DNA from: a bacterium
Lineage (GTDB): Bacteria; Pseudomonadota; Alphaproteobacteria; Sphingomonadales; Sphingomonadaceae
Length of the DNA stretch: 64,000 nucleotides
Assembly: GCA_030824575.1 (NCBI GenBank)
Contig: JAVBXL010000015.1
Span: forward strand, 4,034 to 68,033
Direction: 5' to 3'
Shown: one piece after another, positions 46,907 through 55,408 of the stretch
Numbering within the stretch: the stretch's first letter is position 1
Layout: each line of letters starts with the position of its first letter
Translations under genes and position numbers: made by a program
Notes under the pieces: model-generated
Databases searched by the model: none
Told to the model about the DNA's origin: nothing
The model's input: only the letters and a program-made list of their open reading frames with translations

Positions 46907-48172
46907 ATGGCGCTTTCGGATGCGAAAATCAGGGCTTTGAAGCCTGGGCCCAAGCCGTTCAAGGTGGCGGACGAACGCGGGTTGTTCCTGCTGGTCAGCC
47001 TCGGCGGCAGTCGACTGTGGCGTGTGAAGTTCCGGATCGACGGCCTGGACGTCAAGGGCAAGTTCAAGAAGATAGAAAAGCTGCTGTCTCTGGGCGCTTA
47101 TCCGGACATCTCGCTGAAGCGCGCACGGCAGCTTCGGGATGAGGCCCGCGAAACGCATGCGGCGGGCCTTGACCCCACATTTGAGAAGCAGAAAGCGAAG
47201 GCTGCCGCCCGGATCAGCGCCGAGAACAGCTTTTCCAGGGTAGCCGAGATGCTGTTGGAGAAGCAGGAGCGCGAAGGGCTTGCCGAGGCGACACTGGTCA
47301 AGCGACGCTGGTTCATCAAGCTTGTCTTCCCGGTCCTGGGCAAGCGCCCCATTGCTGAAATACAGCCTCTGGAAATTCTACTTGCCCTCCGGCCCATCGA
47401 GAAGAAGGGCCGGCATGAAAGTGCCAAACGCGCGCTCAACTTCATCGGACAGGTTTTTCGCTATGCCGTGGCGTCGCAGCTGGCGCCCGCAGACCCAACG
47501 CGCGATCTGCGCGGGGCGCTGACGACGCCGAAGGTCAAGCACCACGCCGCCATTCTCGACCCCGATCAGGCCGGCGAATTGCTCAGGGCAATTGATGGCT
47601 ATGAAGGACAACCGATTACCCGCTGGGCACTCCAACTCTCGGCGTTGCTGTTCGTACGGCCCGGCGAGCTACGGAAGGCCGAATGGGTCGAGTTGGACGC
47701 TGTGAAGGCCGTGTGGCGCATCCCGCCATCGAAGATGAAGGGACGTGTCGAACATCAGGTTCCGTTATCGTCACAAGCGCTGGCTGTCTTCGAGGAGGTT
47801 AGGGGGCTGACAGGGCAGGGCAGATATGTCTTTCCCTCGATCCGGAGCACAGCCAATCCCATGTCCGAGAATACGATCAATGCCGCCTTGCGGCGGCTGG
47901 GCTATTCCGGCGATGAGATGACCGCGCATGGGTTTCGATCGATGGCCTCCACCCTGTTGAACGAGAGCGGCAAATGGCACCCAGACGCCATCGAACGCGC
48001 GCTTGCGCACAAGGACACAGATTCGGTTCGGGCGGCTTACGCACGCGGTGCCTTCTGGAATGAGCGTGTTGAAATGGCGCGGTGGTGGAGCGATTATCTC
48101 GATAGCCTCAAGGGCGAGCGAAAGGTTTTAAGGCCTGATTTCGGGCAACGGGCGTCTGCTTTTTCCTCCTGA
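46907..48172 (+). CDS. Tyrosine recombinase, P4-like integrase with Arm DNA-binding domain
   Basis: MALSDAKIRALKP...D.RGLFLLV..GGSRLWR..., LSLGAYPDISL. Catalytic R (VRPGELR), K (MKG), HGFR, LAH and AAY are all present. Confidence 0.95.
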   Translation: MALSDAKIRALKPGPKPFKVADERGLFLLVSLGGSRLWRVKFRIDGLDVKGKFKKIEKLLSLGAYPDISLKRARQLRDEARETHAAGLDPTFEKQKAKAAARISAENSFSRVAEMLLEKQEREGLAEATLVKRRWFIKLVFPVLGKRPIAEIQPLEILLALRPIEKKGRHESAKRALNFIGQVFRYAVASQLAPADPTRDLRGALTTPKVKHHAAILDPDQAGELLRAIDGYEGQPITRWALQLSALLFVRPGELRKAEWVELDAVKAVWRIPPSKMKGRVEHQVPLSSQALAVFEEVRGLTGQGRYVFPSIRSTANPMSENTINAALRRLGYSGDEMTAHGFRSMASTLLNESGKWHPDAIERALAHKDTDSVRAAYARGAFWNERVEMARWWSDYLDSLKGERKVLRPDFGQRASAFSS

Positions 48173-48343
48173 CCCTGGCTTGACGGGCTGTCGCATCTAT
48201 CTGGGCGTCCCCGTTCGGACCGCGCTCTACTCCGCTTCGCTCCACCGAGCCGGCTGCACCGTCTCGGCCCTGACGGGTTTCGATCGCTGACGCAAATCCG
48301 TGCCGGATAGGAAGTGGACATCGCCTGTCGGCGATGGCGTCGG

Positions 48344-48515
48344 CCGGTCCCGGCCAAGCGGTGTGGGCGTCGCTACCCTCTAGGCCCGTCGCGCCGGGCG
48401 GTAAGCCGGCATGCCGCCGGCTCCTCCACTTTCGTTGCGGTCCTGCGGATGCAGCCCGCCGCTCTGCCGGGCCTTCCAGTGCGCTCTTGCCGCCCACCCC
48501 GCTTTTCGGGGCCGG
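48344..48515. other. Long imperfect stem-loop upstream of the parB fragment (Frpo/ssi-like candidate)
   Basis: CCGGTCCCGGCCAAGCGGTGTGGGCG (48344-48369) pairs with CGCCCACCCCGCTTTTCGGGGCCGG (48491-48515). Further inner pairings AGGCCCG/CGGGCCT and GCCGGC/GCCGGC. Confidence 0.6.
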
Positions 48516-48543
48516 TGCGCTATTAGAGAAGGAGCAGAAAGAC

Positions 48544-48792
48544 ATGGAACTCAAGCATATCGACATCGCCTGCCTCTCGGTCTCGCCCGCCAACATGCGC
48601 GGCGTGAAGAAGCAACCCGACCTCACCAACATCCTGCCTTCCGTCCGGGCACGCGGCATACTCGTGCCGCTGATCGTGCGAGCAGGAGCCTGTCCCGGGC
48701 CGGTCGAGGGGGGATCGCCCACTACCTATGAGATCGTGGCAGGCAAGCGGCGCTATCATGCCGCCCTTGCCGTGGCGCAGGAGAGTGCCGGA
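48544..48792 (+). pseudogene. ParB/Spo0J-family protein, N-terminal fragment only
   Basis: RBS AGAAGGAG, then MELKHIDIACLSVSPANMR...ILPSVRARGILVPLIVR...YEIVAGKRRYHAA. After about 83 codons the frame runs into antisense DUF2339 sequence. Confidence 0.8.
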
Positions 48793-49791
48793 AAAGGCCA
48801 GCAGCGGGAAGCCGATACCCAACGCCAGGATCAGCAGGCCGACCGAAAGCGACGCGGCAAGGTCGAGCGCGCCGTTAAGGATCAGCAGGCTGCCCCAGCC
48901 TGCGCCGCCGATCAGCGCGCCAACGCCCAGCCACAGCCAGCGCTGCGCGCGCGACAGGGCGCACAGCCCGCCAATGGTAAGCGCAAGATAGCAGGCCAGG
49001 AGCGGTACATTGGGTTCGTTCGATCCTGCCAATGCGGGCGCAGCAAGGCCGCCGACGAGACCCAGCAGAGCACTCGGTGCGCCAAAGCGCAGCGAGAGGC
49101 CCATCGCGATTGCCGTCACAGCGGCCAAGCCGACAAAGGCGGTCGCGGGTCCGATCAGATGATAGAGATTGGCGGCGGTTAGGATGGCGGCGTACAGCGT
49201 CGCGATGCCCGCCCCGGCCAGCGCCTGGCGCACGCGGGGATCGCGTAGCCGGTCCTCCTGCCGCAGCGCGCCTTCTGCAGCGGCGATCAGTCCGCCACCG
49301 AAGAGCAGGCCCAGCATGACCCTGATGACCGGCGACAGCAGGCCGGTGTCGATCGAATATTTGACCAGCAACACGCCCGTCACGGCCAGCGTGATACCGC
49401 CCGCCCAGATCGGCAGGCGACGGCCGAACATATCCTCGAACGCAAATCCGGGCCGGGCAGGGGGCGTCGTTTGCGTCTCAGGCGAAGGCGTCAGTCCTGG
49501 GTCTGCAACAGGCAGGGAATCGGTCGCAGCGACAGGCTCGGGCGGTTCAACCGGTCTCGGCTCGACTGCCGGTATAGGCAGGATGGGCGTTTCCGGCTCG
49601 GTTTCGGGCACCCTTCGTACCACGGCGGCAGCGGGGCGATGCGCGGCGGTTCTGGACGGCCAGATGCCAGCGGACGGCGCGGCCCGAGCATCCGTCTCGA
49701 TCAGGGCGAGGCGAGATTCCAGCGCCTTCATTCGGCTTCGGGTGTCGAACAGTACGACCCCCAGCACGATCAGAACCAGCGTAACCAGCAT
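48793..49791 (-). pseudogene. DUF2339-family membrane protein, 3'-truncated
   Basis: FEDMFGRRLPIWAGGITLAVTGVLLVKYSI..GLLSP, QALAGAGIATLYA...A.NLY.LI. The hydrophobic pattern stops abruptly near 48790, where the ORF reads into antisense parB. Confidence 0.78.
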
Positions 49792-49829
49792 GACTCACCC
49801 TCCAGTTGATCGACGCCTGATAGCGTCTA

Positions 49830-49870
49830 ATTAGACAGTGATCAATTTAAATATTAGACAGTGATCAATT
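49830..49870. promoter_or_regulatory. Two identical 18-bp operators between the divergent DUF2339 and TetR genes
   Basis: ATTAGACAGTGATCAATT at 49830-49847 and 49853-49870. Confidence 0.75.
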
Positions 49871-49890
49871 AAAGCCATACAGGTGACGTC

Positions 49891-50508
49891 ATGGGCAGAC
49901 GATCCGACCATAGCCGTGCTGAACTGGAAGCGTTGATTCTAGAGGAGGGGCACCGCCATATGGCGGAAGTCGGCTTCGCACGCTTTTCCGCGCGCGAAGT
50001 GGCCAAACGCATCGGCTATGCCGTCGGGACGCTCTATAATGTGTTCGGCAGCTATGATCGGCTGATCGTCGCCATCAATACCCGTACCTTCGAACAATGG
50101 GCCGCCTATCTCGAAGACCGGCTGGCCCAGCCTTCGACCGACCGGATCGCCGCGCTGGTGGAAGGCTATTTCAACTTTGCGGCAGAGCATATGCCGTTGT
50201 GGACCGCGATCTACGACCATCGCCTGCCGCCCGACATGGTCATGCCGGAAGGGTTTGCAGCGCGGCGCGGCGCGTTGACCGATGTCGTTGTGCGCGAGGT
50301 CGCGGCGGTGTTGCCGGCTGAGATGCGGGACCGCGCACCGCGCCTTGCCCGATCGCTGGTGGCCACCGTCCATGGGCATTGCATCTTCGCCCTCAATGGA
50401 AGTTTCGCTCTCTTGGGCGAAACCGCGCCGATGGACATGGCGATCGCGCGGGTGAGGGAGTCGCTGGCCGCTTCGGGCGCATCGATGCCATTGACGGATA
50501 CCGGGTAG
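49891..50508 (+). CDS. TetR/AcrR-family transcriptional regulator (WHG-like C-terminus)
   Basis: MGRRSDHSR, FSAREVAKRIGYAVGTLYNVF HTH, LVATVHG. Confidence 0.9.
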   Translation: MGRRSDHSRAELEALILEEGHRHMAEVGFARFSAREVAKRIGYAVGTLYNVFGSYDRLIVAINTRTFEQWAAYLEDRLAQPSTDRIAALVEGYFNFAAEHMPLWTAIYDHRLPPDMVMPEGFAARRGALTDVVVREVAAVLPAEMRDRAPRLARSLVATVHGHCIFALNGSFALLGETAPMDMAIARVRESLAASGASMPLTDTG

Positions 50509-50728
50509 TTTCGACCATGAAATGTTTAGAAACTCTGGAGCGCGATCGTTAATATCCGCTGGTCGGTGCCAGATTGTGCCTAGTGGCGGTGCTACATTGG
50601 CTCGAATGGGCTGCGATGCCCGAACTCGCACCCTTGCGTAACTGAACCGGCCCGAACCCGGCAGTCGGATATCCCTGTCGCTGTAAAGCCGAAGCGCCGA
50701 GCGAGGGATAGAAAAACACCCAGAAAAT

Positions 50729-50786
50729 AGCGGACGGTCTGCACCGTGGCAGCGAAAGCTGAATGTTGAGCGTCCGTGAAGGGTCG
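50729..50786 (+). repeat. 58-bp degenerate direct repeat, copy 1
   Basis: AGCGGACGGTCTGCACCGTGGCAGCGAAAGCTGAATGTTGAGCGTCCGTGAAGGGTCG, 38/58 ungapped identity by hand to 54798-54855. Confidence 0.6.
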
Positions 50787-50919
50787 TCAGTGACAGGATT
50801 TTGGGTCAGGACCTATCGAGTAGCCGAAAATTCAGGATGAAATATACGCGCCACAATATTGTAATAGCAACGGCCTAACCGCCCCCTGTCCGCCTTATAG
50901 CCTTGGGGAGAACAACCAC

Positions 50920-53586
50920 ATGTCACGTTCATTGCGCATGCTTTGCGCGCCGCTACCGCTTGCCATTTTCGCGCTGATCCTGTCGTCGCCGGTCCGGGCG
51001 CAGACCGTTGCGCCCGCCGCCGATCAGGCTGCGCCTGTCGATGGGCAGGACGATGGCGCGATCGTCGTCACCGGCACCTATGCTCGCAGCCTGGCGGCGG
51101 CGACCGAGATGAAGCGCAAGGCCGCCTATGGCGTTGATTCCATCGCGTCCACCGACATCGGTAAGTTCCCGACCCAGAATGTCGCCGAAGCGCTCCAGCT
51201 CGTCACCGGTGTCGCGATCACCCGTCCGCGCGGCGAAGGCCTTTATGTCAGCGTTCGTGGCCTTGGCCCGCAATTCCAGAGCACGCTGGTCAACGGCCGC
51301 ACCGTCGCGATCAACGATCTCATCGAAAACGGCGGTGCACAGGGGCGCCAGTTCCGTTTCGAGATGCTGCCGGCCGAATTTGTGTCGCAGATCGACGTGG
51401 TGAAGACGCCGACCGCCGACATGACCGAAGGCGCGCTGGGCGGCAATATCGACGTCAAGACCTTCCACCCGCTCGATATCGGCAACAAGACCACGGTCAA
51501 TCTGCGCGGCACCTATACCAGCATGACCGACAAGGTGCGGCCGAACGCCACTGTGCTGACCAGCTTCAAGACCAAGGACGATCAGTTCGGCATCCTGATC
51601 GGCGCCCAATATTGGGCCAAGTCAGTCCGCAACGACCGTTTCTACAATACGGGCTGGAACCTGAACAAATTCGTGCAGCCTGCCAATCCGGTCGCGGGCG
51701 CTGAATATCTGCCGACCGGCTATTACACGCCGACCCGCACCCGTCCCACGATCGAAACCGAGGACCGCAAGCGCTTGTCCGGCCTGATTTCGGCCCAGTG
51801 GCGCCCCTCGGACGAACTGGAAACCACGCTGGACGTGTCGCTGACGCGCCTGGACGTCGAATATGACGAATTTGGCCTTGACATCTATCCCGATGATCCG
51901 GGCACCTATCTGGTGCCGGGGTCGGTGACGCTGGACGGCAATACGGTCACCAAGGCGACGATCAACAAGGTCCGCTTCATGGCCTCGCGCGAATATAGCC
52001 TCAACCGCCACGACCTGATCAATGTCGGCCTGAAGCAGGTGTGGAATCCGGGCGACTGGCATGTTTCGGCCAATGCCAACTGGTCCTATGCCCATAGCTT
52101 CCATCCCAGCTATGCCGAAGGCACGGTGCGCAGCCGCATGCAGATCATCGCGCCGCTGACCTATGACGCGTCGGGCGGCTACAAGATCGCGCCGACGCTC
52201 AGCACGCCGGTCGACGTCACCAATTCGGCCAATTACATCTATTATCCCTTCAACATCGCGCCCAAGAACAGCAAGGACTGGGACACCTACGCCCGCCTCG
52301 ATGTGGGTCGCGATCTCAACGGCTTCATCACCAAGATCCAGGCCGGTGGCGAATATCATTGGCGCAAGCGCGACTATTGGCGCCGCGACTTCACCGTGAA
52401 CATCGCCGGCAACCCGCCGATCTCGCAGGTCGTGCCGGGCGGCTATGAAGCGCTGCCCTTCGATGACGCCTTCTCGAACATTCCGGGCAATTTCCCGCGC
52501 AACTGGGCGGTCCCGATCACCAGCGCCTTCTATGATACGCTGTTCACCGATACGATCGCCAACGCGCCGCTGACGGCTGGCGACATGCGCGCTTCCTATG
52601 TCGTCACGGAAAAGATCTTTGGTGGCTATGTCCGCGCGGATTATGGTTTCGATCTGGGCAGCGTCGGCATCACCGGCAATGTCGGCCTGCGCTATGTCCA
52701 CACCGACCAGGTGGCGAGCGGTACGCTGACGCTGGGCACCACGCCCACCCCGGCGAGCTTCCCCAAGACGTTCAACAACTGGCTGCCCAGCTTCAACCTG
52801 CGCGCCGAACTGACGCCCAGCCTGATCGGCCGCCTGGCGGCCAGCCGGGTGCTGACCCGTCCGAACATGACACAGACCGCGCCACAGATCAGCGTGTCGA
52901 CCGACGCGCCGACCGCGAGCGGCGGCAACCCGGACCTTAAGCCGTTCCTGGCAACGCAGTTCGATGGTTCGCTCGAATGGTATTTCCGTCCCAATGCGTC
53001 GCTGACCGGCGCGCTCTTCTACAAGAAGATGGACGATTATATCACGGCGCAGAACGTCAATACCGAGATTCCGGGGCGTGGCACGGTGCTGCTGAGCACC
53101 CAGGTCAATGGCGGCACGGCCAAGGTCTATGGCATCGAGGCGGCCTATAACCAGGTGTTCGATTTCCTGCCCGCTCCGTTCGACGGCCTGGGGTTCCAGG
53201 CGTCCTACACCCATACCGAAGTCGAATCGAATTATACCGCCGGTGCGCGTCCGATCGTCGATCAACTGATCGGCCTGTCGAAGGACAGCTACAATCTCGT
53301 CGGTTTCTACGACAAGGGACCGATTTCGGCGCGCCTTTCCTACGTATGGCGCGGCGAATATCTGTCGGGCAACGGCAGCACGACCCAGACCGAATCCTAT
53401 GTGGCGCCGTTCGGCTCGCTCGACGGCAACCTGTCCATCCGGGTGCTGCCCAAGACGCTGGTCAGCCTGGAGGCGATCAACCTCGCCGGGGCCAGGGCCT
53501 ATTCCTACAATGGCATCAAGGAGCGGTTCAACGAGATCCAATATTATGGCCGCACCTTCCTGTTCGGCATCAGGACCGAATTCTGA
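50920..53586 (+). CDS. TonB-dependent receptor (Caulobacter/Xanthomonas type)
   Basis: IVVTG, DSI.STDIGKFP.QNVAEALQ.V.GV, VSVRGLGP, DVVKTPTADM.EG.LGG, GNPDLKP, C-terminal TEF. Confidence 0.93.
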   Translation: MSRSLRMLCAPLPLAIFALILSSPVRAQTVAPAADQAAPVDGQDDGAIVVTGTYARSLAAATEMKRKAAYGVDSIASTDIGKFPTQNVAEALQLVTGVAITRPRGEGLYVSVRGLGPQFQSTLVNGRTVAINDLIENGGAQGRQFRFEMLPAEFVSQIDVVKTPTADMTEGALGGNIDVKTFHPLDIGNKTTVNLRGTYTSMTDKVRPNATVLTSFKTKDDQFGILIGAQYWAKSVRNDRFYNTGWNLNKFVQPANPVAGAEYLPTGYYTPTRTRPTIETEDRKRLSGLISAQWRPSDELETTLDVSLTRLDVEYDEFGLDIYPDDPGTYLVPGSVTLDGNTVTKATINKVRFMASREYSLNRHDLINVGLKQVWNPGDWHVSANANWSYAHSFHPSYAEGTVRSRMQIIAPLTYDASGGYKIAPTLSTPVDVTNSANYIYYPFNIAPKNSKDWDTYARLDVGRDLNGFITKIQAGGEYHWRKRDYWRRDFTVNIAGNPPISQVVPGGYEALPFDDAFSNIPGNFPRNWAVPITSAFYDTLFTDTIANAPLTAGDMRASYVVTEKIFGGYVRADYGFDLGSVGITGNVGLRYVHTDQVASGTLTLGTTPTPASFPKTFNNWLPSFNLRAELTPSLIGRLAASRVLTRPNMTQTAPQISVSTDAPTASGGNPDLKPFLATQFDGSLEWYFRPNASLTGALFYKKMDDYITAQNVNTEIPGRGTVLLSTQVNGGTAKVYGIEAAYNQVFDFLPAPFDGLGFQASYTHTEVESNYTAGARPIVDQLIGLSKDSYNLVGFYDKGPISARLSYVWRGEYLSGNGSTTQTESYVAPFGSLDGNLSIRVLPKTLVSLEAINLAGARAYSYNGIKERFNEIQYYGRTFLFGIRTEF

Positions 53587-54686
53587 TGCGCGGTATCGGA
53601 CCAGCCATCGCCCTTGCCACCACCGCGCTGACCCTGGTCGGCGCGGCGGCCCCCAGGGCCATGAACGATATCCAGGTGGTGGGATCGCATAACAGCTTCA
53701 AGGCGCGCATACCCGCAGCGGTCATGGCCAGGATCAGGACGATCGAACCCCGGCTCGCCGATGGGCTGGACTATTATCATCTGCCGCTCACCCAGCAGCT
53801 GGATGCCGGCGTTCGCCAGCTTGAACTCGACATCTTCGCCGACCCGCAGGGCGGTCGTTATGCCGACCCCAAGGGCGAGCAATGGGCGCGGGAGGCGGGC
53901 GAACAGACGGGGTTCGACCGCCAGATGATGCTGAAGCCCGGTTTCAAGACGTTCCACATTCCCGATATCGACTATCTCAGCACCTGCCCGGCGCTGGTAC
54001 AATGTCTGGCCGAGGTCGACCGCTGGTCACGCGCGCACCCGGATCACCTGCCGATCATGATCACCATCAATGCGGCGGACACGCCGTCGAACCAGCCCGG
54101 GATCAGCAATCCGATCGGGCTGGACGACAAGGGGCTGCTCGACGCGCTCGATGCCGAAATCCGATCCGTCCTGCCGGGCAAGCGGCTCATCACCCCCGAT
54201 GATGTGCGCGGCAAGAGCAATACGCTGCGCGACGCGGTGCGGACCCATGGCTGGCCCAGCCTCGATGCCGCGCGTGGCCGCATCTACATCGTGCTCGACG
54301 TGCGCGATGCGGTGTCCAACGTCTATCGCGATGGTCATCCCTCTCTTGCGGGGCGGGCGATGTTCGGCTGGTATGCCGACGATCAGCCTGAATCCGCGAT
54401 CCAGATCGTGCAGGATCCGCTGGTTGAAGGCACGAAGATCAGCGCTTGGGTGAAGCAGGGCGTCATCGTGCGCACGCGGACCGATGCCAATACAGTGGAG
54501 GCACGCACCGGCGATTATCGCAAGGCACAGGCGGCCATGGCCAGCGGTGCCCAGGCCGTTAGTACGGACTATTATCCCGGTGCGCCCGATCCGTTGAGCA
54601 CAGGCTTTTCGGTGACGCTGCCGGAAGGAGCGATGGCGCGGTGCAATCCCGTCCGCATCACCGCAGGATGCTCGGCCGTACCTTGA
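53586..54686 (+). CDS. Secreted Ca2+-dependent PI-PLC-like phosphodiesterase (PI-PLC-C1 type)
   Basis: Signal peptide, QVVGSHNSF, QQLDAGVRQLELDIF.D, HIPDID..STC, WSRAHPDHLPI, IVRTRTD, SGAQAVSTDY. TGATG overlap with the receptor gene. Confidence 0.85.
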   Translation: MRGIGPAIALATTALTLVGAAAPRAMNDIQVVGSHNSFKARIPAAVMARIRTIEPRLADGLDYYHLPLTQQLDAGVRQLELDIFADPQGGRYADPKGEQWAREAGEQTGFDRQMMLKPGFKTFHIPDIDYLSTCPALVQCLAEVDRWSRAHPDHLPIMITINAADTPSNQPGISNPIGLDDKGLLDALDAEIRSVLPGKRLITPDDVRGKSNTLRDAVRTHGWPSLDAARGRIYIVLDVRDAVSNVYRDGHPSLAGRAMFGWYADDQPESAIQIVQDPLVEGTKISAWVKQGVIVRTRTDANTVEARTGDYRKAQAAMASGAQAVSTDYYPGAPDPLSTGFSVTLPEGAMARCNPVRITAGCSAVP

Positions 54687-54797
54687 GTTCGCTCTGACTG
54701 ATTTACACCTTCCGTGTAGTAACAAGTGAACTTTGAGGCGCAGGAACGGGCAGTACAATTAAAACGGCTGCCGATCTGCGCCTGCCCCTTAAGAAAA

Positions 54798-54855
54798 AGC
54801 GGAAAGTCCGCGCTTGGGCATCGAAACTTCGGCGTTGACTGACCCCAAAGGGTCG
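54798..54855 (+). repeat. 58-bp degenerate direct repeat, copy 2
   Basis: AGCGGAAAGTCCGCGCTTGGGCATCGAAACTTCGGCGTTGACTGACCCCAAAGGGTCG, same length and ends as copy 1. Confidence 0.6.
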
Positions 54856-54965
54856 ACATCGGTAGACGGGAGGTAGGACAAAGCCGTCATATGTACGCGA
54901 CATGCCGAACGGCGGCTTCTTTCAGAAGGCGACGTTCAGTTCACGCTCAAGGGAAGGCCTTCCCC

Positions 54966-55283
54966 TCAGCGCTGGCGCCGTCGCCTGAGCTCAGCAAGCC
55001 TCGGGTCCGATCCAATCTCAGGGTCGTCGTCCAGGCGGGCAAGCACTTCCTCGATCTTGTAGGGCCATTGCTGTGCATCGTCGCCGAGCACGGCCCATGA
55101 GAGATTGAGCAATGCTGCCAGGTAGCGATAGGCTGGGTGCAGTGAACCGTCGCTGGTGAATAGCACCATTTGCATCGACGTCGATCGGGCGGGCACGAGC
55201 CCGGGCAGGATCGCTTCGAGCACGGTGGGCATCTGGTCGCCACTGCCCAGAGGAAGATCAACCAACCGCGCGGATACTCCTGC
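54966..55283 (-). pseudogene. Probable C-terminal remnant of a larger gene (possibly a SIR2-family defence protein)
   Basis: About 100 codons of protein-like sequence (VSARLVDLP...AILPGLVP...WPYKIEEVLARL...DPRLAELRRRR*) with no convincing RBS or start. The family link is from recollection only. Confidence 0.4.
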
Positions 55284-55408
55284 ACCTTGCCTCCCGTGAT
55301 CTCGGAGATCCCAAGGCCCCCAAAGAACGGCAGCAGCGGCGAGCAGGCTATGTAAGCCCTAGAGCCGCCGCAGGAACGAAGGTGGGCAGGATGCCCACCC
55401 GCGATCTA

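Noticed and set aside
48334-49182. 282-aa ORF as an intact gene
   Set aside because: Only 48544 to about 48792 is ParB-like. The rest is structured leader and antisense DUF2339.
50850-50865. Pho box as a standalone feature
   Set aside because: Two degenerate half-sites only; mentioned as a weak hint within a finding.
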